Below are positions 31,820 through 38,663 of a stretch of DNA of 38,663 bases, piece by piece. This DNA is from a virus (taxonomy: Duplodnaviria > Caudoviricetes): positions 1-38,663 of the IMG/VR virus record IMGVR_UViG_3300032330_001921. One strand, 5' to 3'. The first letter of the stretch is position 1. Each line of letters starts with the position of its first letter. The notes beneath the pieces were generated by a model. The model was given only the letters and a program-made list of their open reading frames with translations, was not told the origin of the DNA and did not search any database. Position numbers and translations under genes: made by a program.

Positions 31820-32512
31820 ATGAATAAACTATTCAATATTGCACTATTAATTGCAACCCTAAATGTTTCGGTTTTTGCCGAAAATGACACAATTACAGCC
31901 GCGATTGACGCGGGCTACACCTCAAGCTACCTAGTGAACAACCTTGTCCAAGCTAAGGACGCTGCTGTTGCTGGAGTAACCCTTGGCAAGACCTATGCGG
32001 GAGTGGATTTCTCCCTTAAGGGTCAGTATCTTCCAATTGCCTCTGGCACGGATTCTAGTCACTGGGGCGTTGGCCTTGGCAAGTCATTCAAGTTAGTTGA
32101 CGAGTTGACGGTTCGTGCTGATGCTGGCGCGACTCGCCACCAGACGGGGCAAGCTCTAATTCAAAACTATACTGAGGTTAATGCCCGAGTGGCCCTTGAG
32201 AACAAGTTCTTTGTTCCTTATGTTAAGGGTATCTATAATGTTGAGCTAGAGCAATCCGGCGCAACGATTGGCCTTGAGAAGCGCTTTGAGTTCTTTGATT
32301 TTAATATCACCCCAGCACTAGAGTATACTTTGCTAACTGATGCTAAGACTTATGCTGCTAAGCTTGCTGTATCTCGTAACATTTGGCGCAATTTGAGTGC
32401 ATTTGCTGAAGTAGATTATATCAAGAATGATTTCTCTACTAGTAATATCAATTTTGCTCTAAAGGAATTTGATGGTGCAGTTGGTACTGGCGGCATTCGT
32501 TGGTCCTTCTAA
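31820..32512 (+). CDS. Outer-membrane beta-barrel (porin-like) protein
   Basis: Sec signal peptide ending 'VFA', alternating amphipathic beta-strands, C-terminal beta-signal 'GGIRWSF'. Confidence 0.75.
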   Translation: MNKLFNIALLIATLNVSVFAENDTITAAIDAGYTSSYLVNNLVQAKDAAVAGVTLGKTYAGVDFSLKGQYLPIASGTDSSHWGVGLGKSFKLVDELTVRADAGATRHQTGQALIQNYTEVNARVALENKFFVPYVKGIYNVELEQSGATIGLEKRFEFFDFNITPALEYTLLTDAKTYAAKLAVSRNIWRNLSAFAEVDYIKNDFSTSNINFALKEFDGAVGTGGIRWSF

Positions 32513-32533
32513 TTAAGACAATTAAGTTAAATC

Positions 32534-32571
32534 AACCCCTAGGTTTAAAAACTTAGGGGTTTTTCTTTTTT
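32534..32571 (+). terminator. Intrinsic terminator
   Basis: AACCCCTAGG...CTTAGGGGTT plus T-run. Confidence 0.8.
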
Positions 32572-32587
32572 ATATATATAATAGGTA

Positions 32588-33316
32588 ATGTCAAAACAAG
32601 ATAAGTCACCAAAAATCCTGCAACGAGACAAGTTTAAGGAAGAGATTAAGATCCGAGAGCTTAATTGGACAGATAAACAAAAAGCCTTTATTGATATAGC
32701 CCTGAATAAGGATGTAAAGATGATGTTTATTAGCGGCCCCGCCGGATCGTCCAAGACATTATTGAGCATCTACTGCGCCCTTCAATTGATTAAAGACAAG
32801 AGAGTTAGTGATATTATGTATATTAGATCTCCAGTAGAGAGCAGTGATAGCAAAATTGGCTTCCTCCCCGGAGATGCAGATGAAAAGCTAAAGTATTATA
32901 ATCTTCCTTTTGCTGATAAGCTAGAAGAGCTACTATCTAAACAATATATTGAAGCTCTTAATAACCAAGGCCGACTTCAGAGCCATCCTTTGTCATTTGT
33001 GCGCGGCATGAGTTGGAATTGCAAGGCTATTATTCTTGATGAAGCTCAGAATTGCACTCAAAAAGAAATAGTAACCCTAATGACAAGAGTTGGAGAGTTT
33101 AGTAAGTGTTTTATTCTTGCTGATCCTGACCAATCTGACTTGGCTTATGGTAAGTCTGGTGGTTTTGAGAAGCTTCAAGCTATCTTTAACGACGAAGAGA
33201 GCAAAGAAAAGGGGCTTTATTCATTCCACTTTACTGAAGACGACATTAAGCGAAGCGATCTAGTTAAATTTATAGTAAAGAAACTAAAGGCTTTTTCTCC
33301 AGCCAGTCGCGTATAA
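32588..33316 (+). CDS. phoH: PhoH-family ATPase
   Basis: 'GPAGSSKT', 'RSPVE...IGFLPG', 'FVRGMSW', 'IILDEAQN', 'TRVGE', 'DPDQSDL', 'DIKRSDLV'. Confidence 0.95.
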   Translation: MSKQDKSPKILQRDKFKEEIKIRELNWTDKQKAFIDIALNKDVKMMFISGPAGSSKTLLSIYCALQLIKDKRVSDIMYIRSPVESSDSKIGFLPGDADEKLKYYNLPFADKLEELLSKQYIEALNNQGRLQSHPLSFVRGMSWNCKAIILDEAQNCTQKEIVTLMTRVGEFSKCFILADPDQSDLAYGKSGGFEKLQAIFNDEESKEKGLYSFHFTEDDIKRSDLVKFIVKKLKAFSPASRV

Positions 33317-33580
33317 ATATTTTGTTAATGTTGCCGCAAATTTACGCACATTCTTCTCTGATTTATCCCAAAAAAAGGCATGAGCAAACTCTTCAATAGT
33401 AACAGCCATCTCTCTGCGCGGCAAGAGGGAGGCTTCTATCAATATTTTGGGAAAATCATTATCTGGGCAGTCGCACAAGCCCTCTGCTCTGTCTCTGGCG
33501 GGGATCTTAATCTTATCAACGGTATATTTTATGCCTTTATCAGTCTTAAAGTTAAAACTTTTAGTGTTTTTTTTAGGCAT
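33284..33580 (-). CDS. Small zincin-like protein (EExxH variant)
   Basis: 'GLCD.P...PKILI...TIEEFAHAFF...SE..V' follows the layout of phage HExxH minimal metallopeptidases. Confidence 0.6.
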   Translation of the reverse strand: MPKKNTKSFNFKTDKGIKYTVDKIKIPARDRAEGLCDCPDNDFPKILIEASLLPRREMAVTIEEFAHAFFWDKSEKNVRKFAATLTKYLYATGWRKSL

Positions 33581-33599
33581 AAGTATTATAATTATTGAT

Positions 33600-34001
33600 A
33601 TGAAAGCATATTGTCAAAAATGCGGTTCGGGAACAGAGTATTCTTTTGATAAGCCAAAGTTCTGCGCTTCCTGCGGCGCTGCTTTGTCTGTCTCTCACGC
33701 TTCTGCTGTTCCCAAGGCACCTATTCAAAGACAGCCTCAACGTAAAATTACACCTGATATCGAAGAGGAGGAAATTGTAACAGAAAGAGTGCCAGACAAT
33801 ATTCATAAGCTAGATGTAGAAATAGAAGTCCCTACTAATAGAAAAGTAAAACTTGAAAATTTAATGGGAACTCAGAGTCAAGGGTTTGAGCAGGAAAATT
33901 CACAAGGAATAAAGCTTAATAAAAAAGATGTGATGGAATCCTTCAAGGTGGAAGCTGGATTTTATCCCTCGCGTCAAACCATGAATGAACAAGAAGAATA
34001 A
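33600..34001 (+). CDS. Zinc-ribbon protein
   Basis: Start moved to ATG 33600; 'YCQKCG...PKFCASCG'. Confidence 0.8.
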   Translation: MKAYCQKCGSGTEYSFDKPKFCASCGAALSVSHASAVPKAPIQRQPQRKITPDIEEEEIVTERVPDNIHKLDVEIEVPTNRKVKLENLMGTQSQGFEQENSQGIKLNKKDVMESFKVEAGFYPSRQTMNEQEE

Positions 34002-34668
34002 AGAACGATTTGAAAAGTCAATCCATTTGATTAATTCTGAAATAAATAAAAGAAAAAACAAATGGACACTCTCTGCGCTAAATTGGATCGACTTCGAAGA
34101 CGTTTCTCAAATCATTAGATTCCATTTATATAAAAAATGGGAACTATATGATCCCAAAAAGCCAATGTTGCCTTGGATAAACCGTATTATCTCTAATCAG
34201 ATCAAAAATTTGATTAGAAATAACTACGGAAATTATGCTAGACCATGCCTTAAGTGCGCCGCTGCCGTTGGAGACAACGGTTGTCGCATTTATGGAAGTC
34301 AAGATGACAACTGCCCCATGTTCAAGAGCTGGTGCAAAACAAAAAAGAATGCTTATGATTTAAAGATGGCTGTTTCTATAGAAGATCATTCTTTCGAAAT
34401 AAATAATCAAGCATGTAACTCATCAGACATACAAAAAGCTTCAGAAAACTTACACATAAAGATGCGCGAAGTTCTAAAGCCTATCGAATGGAAAGTCTAT
34501 GAGCTCTTATATATAAATAATAAATCAGAAGAGCAAGTATGCAAGCTTTTGAATTTTAAATATGATAAAAATGCCAAGACAGCTTACAATAAACAGCTTA
34601 GGAACATTCAGAAATCAATAATAAAGAAAGCAAAAGAATGTCTGGCTGATGGAGAAATAGATCTATGA
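33985..34668 (+). CDS. ECF-like sigma factor with a Cys-rich insertion
   Basis: Region-2-like 'DFEDVSQII...KWELYDPKKPMLPWINRIISNQIKNLIRN'; 'CLKC...C...C'; region-4-like 'LKPIEWKVYELLYI.NKSEEQVCKLL'. Confidence 0.65.
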   Translation: MNKKNKERFEKSIHLINSEINKRKNKWTLSALNWIDFEDVSQIIRFHLYKKWELYDPKKPMLPWINRIISNQIKNLIRNNYGNYARPCLKCAAAVGDNGCRIYGSQDDNCPMFKSWCKTKKNAYDLKMAVSIEDHSFEINNQACNSSDIQKASENLHIKMREVLKPIEWKVYELLYINNKSEEQVCKLLNFKYDKNAKTAYNKQLRNIQKSIIKKAKECLADGEIDL

Positions 34669-35750
34669 ATGAACCAGTATTAAATGAAGAGCAGCAAGCT
34701 TTAATAATTAAAATTTGGAACGATAACAAAGAAAATCCGCCCAGCCTTCAAGAATTAACCCAAAAAGTATTTCCAGATATTCCAAATATTGATGGCAGGA
34801 GTCTTTATGGTAAAGCTGTGAAGAAGTTCCTTGCCTCAAGAGACTTAAAAGTAAAAACAAAGAGCGAATATACTCCAAAAGACAGAGTAGAGTTCACTCA
34901 AGAGCAAAAAGATTTTATTACTAATAATGCTACAATGATGACGGCAGTTGATTTGGCCCGATCTTTGTTTAATAATTATACTCTTAGTAATTTATCTATA
35001 GAAGCTAGAAGCGTAGAAGAGTATTTAAATACTTTGCCCAAACAAGTTAGAGCAGTGCAGACTGAAGAAGAGCAACAGGGCGATTATAAGCCACCCAAGA
35101 ACCAAGAGAGAGCTATGGTTCGAGTAAACAAATATGTTCTCGATGGAATAGACAAAGATAAGATTACCGCAAGGCAAAAGAAAGAATTAAATTCTCTAAT
35201 TTCTTATTTGCATACTTATAGATTTTTGCATCAGATTGGAACTTATTTAGATCCTGTTGACAGAGATTTATTCGAGAGCAGTTTTATTAGATATACATAT
35301 GATAAATCTGATCTAACTCAAGAAGAGGTTGATCAATATATTGTATTAGCTACAGAAGTTGTAATTTCTTCGAATATTCAAGAAACTATTCAAACTTTGC
35401 AAGAGCAAATAAATATAGAAATGGATTCTGGGCAAAAAATCCCCATGCCTCTTGTGGAAGCTGTGACTTCAGCCAGAACAGAATACAACCAGTGTGTTGG
35501 CCGTCAGCAAAAACTCTTGAACGATCTAAAAGTTAAGAGAAGCGAAAGAATGCAAAAACAAGTTAAGGAAAACGCCTCTATTCTTAATCTTGTGCAGATG
35601 TGGAAAGACGAAGACACAAGAAAAGAAATGATAAAAATGGCAGAAATGCGAAGAGAAGTTTTAAAAGGAGAGATTGGTCGCTTATCATCTATGGATGATG
35701 TCAAAGCTCGTATCTTTGGCCTAACAGAGGAGGAAGTTTTAGATGGTTAA
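34665..35750 (+). CDS. Hypothetical protein (HTH plus coiled coil; possible terminase small subunit)
   Basis: 361 aa, N-terminal HTH-like repeats and C-terminal coiled coil, upstream of terL. Confidence 0.75.
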   Translation: MNEPVLNEEQQALIIKIWNDNKENPPSLQELTQKVFPDIPNIDGRSLYGKAVKKFLASRDLKVKTKSEYTPKDRVEFTQEQKDFITNNATMMTAVDLARSLFNNYTLSNLSIEARSVEEYLNTLPKQVRAVQTEEEQQGDYKPPKNQERAMVRVNKYVLDGIDKDKITARQKKELNSLISYLHTYRFLHQIGTYLDPVDRDLFESSFIRYTYDKSDLTQEEVDQYIVLATEVVISSNIQETIQTLQEQINIEMDSGQKIPMPLVEAVTSARTEYNQCVGRQQKLLNDLKVKRSERMQKQVKENASILNLVQMWKDEDTRKEMIKMAEMRREVLKGEIGRLSSMDDVKARIFGLTEEEVLDG

Positions 35751-36663
35751 ATGTAAAATTTGTAATTTAGAATTCGAAACAGACAAGAATTTTCATGGAC
35801 ATCTCAAGTCTCACAAGTTGAGAATGGTAGAATACTACCAAACTCACGAACCGAGACGAGATTTGCTCACTGGAGAATTAATAAACTTTAAAAATAAAGA
35901 TTATTATTTTTCTAACGACTTTAATAATAAGAACTCCATGAAAAAATGGTTAAGTCAGCAAGATGTTAGTGTGCAGAAGTCTTATTTAAAAAAATTATTA
36001 ACACAAAGAAAAGAAAAACACAACTTAACTTATGCGCCTACTGAAGTTGAGCTTCGCTCTATTACTAGCCCCCCTGTTCCTTATTATCACAAGCTTTTCT
36101 TGGATTATTATGGGCTTTGTAATGAGATTGGACTCAAAAATAAATACGAATACCCAAAAGAAGAACTCAAATATTCTATAATTGATGGATTTAAAATATT
36201 TATTGATACCAGAGAGCAGATGCCTCTAGTTATTGATTACCCCACAGAAGTCAAAGGACTAAAATTCGGAGACTATGCTATCAACGATCCTGAAAACAAA
36301 TGCTATATAGAAAGAAAATCAATCTCTGACTTTATCGGCACCATGAGTGGCGGTTATAAAAGATTCTGTCGCGAGATAGAGCGTTCTGTGGCAGCAGAAG
36401 CAAATCTGATAGTATTAGTGGAACGTCCTTTGCAGGAGTGCTTGAGCTTTCAATATCTTAATTATGTTTCTAAGAAAATCAAAGTCACTCCAGAGTTTGT
36501 TTTCTTCAACGTAAGAGAGCTTATCCAAAAATATTCTAATGTACAATTTTTATTTGTAGATGGTAGAGAAGAATGCGTTAGAATAATGAAAAAAGTATTT
36601 TTTAGCAAAGGAGAATATAAAAAATACGACTTACAATTAATGTACGATTTAAAACTACTGTAA
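35743..36663 (+). CDS. ERCC4/XPF-type PD-(D/E)xK nuclease with N-terminal C2H2 zinc finger
   Basis: 'CKIC...HLKSH'; 'IFIDTREQ', 'GDY', 'IERKSISDF', 'RFCREIER'. Confidence 0.85.
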   Translation: MVKCKICNLEFETDKNFHGHLKSHKLRMVEYYQTHEPRRDLLTGELINFKNKDYYFSNDFNNKNSMKKWLSQQDVSVQKSYLKKLLTQRKEKHNLTYAPTEVELRSITSPPVPYYHKLFLDYYGLCNEIGLKNKYEYPKEELKYSIIDGFKIFIDTREQMPLVIDYPTEVKGLKFGDYAINDPENKCYIERKSISDFIGTMSGGYKRFCREIERSVAAEANLIVLVERPLQECLSFQYLNYVSKKIKVTPEFVFFNVRELIQKYSNVQFLFVDGREECVRIMKKVFFSKGEYKKYDLQLMYDLKLL

Positions 36664-36664
36664 T

Positions 36665-38503
36665 ATGTGGCACGAAACGACTAAGTATAAGAAAAAAACA
36701 GAAAATTACAACGAGATCTTTAAACAGCTTCAGGGGGAGCTAGAAGATAAAGAAGCTAAAATCACATTAGCAAAATTTCTTCGTCAGAATCTTTATTTTA
36801 CTACTTATTTATTAACAGGAGTTAAGCTTGCGCCTTATCAGGAGATTACCCTTAAGGGCATGTTTAATAGAAATTTTAATATGTGTGTTTGGGGTCGTGG
36901 TTGCGCCAAGTCATTCATAGCTAGTGTTTATTGTGTATTGCAATGTATATTTGAGCCAAATACAAAGATCTTAATTGCTGGACCTACGTTTCGTACAGCA
37001 AGAGCTATATTTAATAATATAGAAAAGATGACTGAATCTAAAGGCGCAGAATTATTGATGCAAGCTTTTGGAGCGAAGAGCAAGAGAAACGATCTTTACG
37101 AATGGGATATCAATGGTGGATCTATCAGAGCTATTCCTCTAAGCGGCGAAAAGATTCGTGGTTTCCGCGCTAACATTCTTGTGCTTGATGAGTTTCTTTT
37201 ACTTCCAGAAGAAATCATTAAAAATGTATTGATGCCATTCCTAGTTGCGCCTCAAGACATGAAAAGGCGTATTGATATTAGAGAAATGGAAGACTTGCTA
37301 ATTAAAAATGGCAAGATGAAAGAAGAAGACAGAATGGTATTCGTAAATAATTCTAAAATGATAGCTTTGTCTTCTGCTAGTTATACATTTGAGAATTTAT
37401 ATAAAACTTATCAAGAGTGGGTAAACCAAATAACCTCTCCAGAAAGAGGAGAGTCTTCTTATTTTGTTTCTCAACTAGGATTTGAAGCTTTACCTGCGGA
37501 GATGATAGATAAAACAATTATTGAAGAAGCTCAAAGCGGAGGAACGTCTCACTCAGCATTTCTTAGAGAATATTGCGCTCAATTTACAGATGGTTCAGAT
37601 AGTTATTTCAGCGCAAAAAAGATGGAAGAATGCACTCTAAAAGATGAGCATCCTCATACTCTAATAAGAGGAACTCCTGGCAAAAAATACATAATAGGAG
37701 TTGATCCTAACATGAGTGATAGCCCGAATGCAGACTACTTTGCTATGGCTGTTATGGAATTAGATGAGGAAACAGGAATAGGAATACTTGTACATACTTA
37801 CGCTGGATTAGGAAACTTAAATAACCACGTTAAATACTTTGGTTATCTCATGACTCATTTTGATGTAGTATCTATTGTTCTTGATAATGCTGGTTCAGAT
37901 ATATTTATAGATACATGCAACCAATCTGATATATTCAAAAACTCAAAAATAAATATTAAACTTTTAGATTTCGTTGCTGAATCAGAAGGCCAAGAATATG
38001 AGATGCAAGTTAAGAATGCAAGATCTCAATACAATCTCTCAGAAAAAAGAATAGCATTTAGCCAAGTATTCTCTTCTGGATTTATTAGAAAAGGTAATGA
38101 ATATTTACAAGCTTGCATAGATTACAAAAAAGTTTTATTCGCTTCTAGAACTTGTTCTAATGATAAATTTTTTGATGAAGCTATAAGTGCGACACTGCCT
38201 AGAGAATTAATATTTACTGGAGATAAAGAAGACTGGACCAATCTAGACTTCATAGAAAATCAAGATGACTTCATTTATCAAACAAAAAAACAATGTTCTA
38301 TGGTAGAATACACCACTACTTCTAGAGGCATGCAAAATTTTGATTTGCCTCAACATTTAAAACGAGGCTCTTCAGCTACAAGAGCTAGAAAAGATAATTA
38401 TTCTGCGTTTATGTTGGCTAATTGGGGTGTTAAATGTTATAACGATATAATGAAACAAAATGTAGAAACTACTACATTTACATTTACTCCAGTAATGTTT
38501 TAG
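36665..38503 (+). CDS. terL: Terminase large subunit
   Basis: 'LAPYQ' Q-motif, Walker A 'GRGCAKS', 'AGPTFRTAR', 'IRGFRANILVLDE', 'ALSSA', 'FLREYCAQF', RNase-H-like 'GVDP...D', C-terminal 'KDNYSA'. Confidence 0.92.
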   Translation: MWHETTKYKKKTENYNEIFKQLQGELEDKEAKITLAKFLRQNLYFTTYLLTGVKLAPYQEITLKGMFNRNFNMCVWGRGCAKSFIASVYCVLQCIFEPNTKILIAGPTFRTARAIFNNIEKMTESKGAELLMQAFGAKSKRNDLYEWDINGGSIRAIPLSGEKIRGFRANILVLDEFLLLPEEIIKNVLMPFLVAPQDMKRRIDIREMEDLLIKNGKMKEEDRMVFVNNSKMIALSSASYTFENLYKTYQEWVNQITSPERGESSYFVSQLGFEALPAEMIDKTIIEEAQSGGTSHSAFLREYCAQFTDGSDSYFSAKKMEECTLKDEHPHTLIRGTPGKKYIIGVDPNMSDSPNADYFAMAVMELDEETGIGILVHTYAGLGNLNNHVKYFGYLMTHFDVVSIVLDNAGSDIFIDTCNQSDIFKNSKINIKLLDFVAESEGQEYEMQVKNARSQYNLSEKRIAFSQVFSSGFIRKGNEYLQACIDYKKVLFASRTCSNDKFFDEAISATLPRELIFTGDKEDWTNLDFIENQDDFIYQTKKQCSMVEYTTTSRGMQNFDLPQHLKRGSSATRARKDNYSAFMLANWGVKCYNDIMKQNVETTTFTFTPVMF

Positions 38504-38507
38504 TGTA
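38502..38507 (+). promoter_or_regulatory. AGTGTA motif, putative phage late promoter
   Basis: 13 nt upstream of ATG 38521. Confidence 0.5.
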
Positions 38508-38520
38508 ACTCTAATATAGT

Positions 38521-38663
38521 ATGGCGAATTTAGTCAGAAGGAAACAGGTGGATCAAGTTGAGTTTTCCGGCTTCTTTGTTGAAGTCGGAGATAAAAACTA
38601 TTATCCAATTGCCTCTAATCCTTCTGGATTCCTTACTCAAGCTGGATTGAACTCAGCTACAGG
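38521..38663 (+). CDS. Start of a gene running off the window (possibly virion structural)
   Basis: MANLVRRKQVDQVEFSGFFVEVGDKNYYPIASNPSGFLTQ..., open to the end. Confidence 0.65.
   Translation, partial: MANLVRRKQVDQVEFSGFFVEVGDKNYYPIASNPSGFLTQAGLNSAT

Noticed and set aside
33447-33599. Hydrophobic N-terminal extension of the zinc-ribbon ORF
   Set aside because: Overlaps the minus-strand gene; ATG 33600 gives a typical zinc-ribbon start.
1-38663. Stop-codon reassignment
   Set aside because: Conserved genes (terL, rIIA, phoH) are intact in the standard code, and TAA, TAG and TGA all end genes at sensible positions.

Overview
The window is a segment of a large dsDNA tailed-phage genome (AT-rich, standard genetic code, almost all genes on the + strand; no tRNA, rRNA or CRISPR array seen). 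1-11.4 kb: 3' part of a tubulin/FtsZ-family gene, dCMP deaminase, rIIA/rIIB, HhH DNA glycosylase, a sigma70 factor and a RuvB-like ATPase. 11.4-21.2 kb: dense small hypothetical genes, including a macro-like protein and a secreted i-type-lysozyme-like protein. 21.2-31.8 kb: a distinctive early/host-takeover-like region built from repeated cassettes ((AAT)n spacer, GC-skewed non-B-DNA-like element, sigma70 promoter with a 16-bp spacer, structured 5' leader, GC-rich gene, intrinsic terminator). It holds paralog pairs (two DUF932 genes, two small helical proteins) whose 5' leaders show base-pair covariation, three copies of a compact H-type pseudoknot and a set of unannotated membrane micropeptides. 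31.8-38.7 kb: outer-membrane beta-barrel, PhoH, Zn-binding ECF-like sigma factor, ERCC4-type nuclease and terminase large subunit. All calls are by eye from motifs; no database searches were run.
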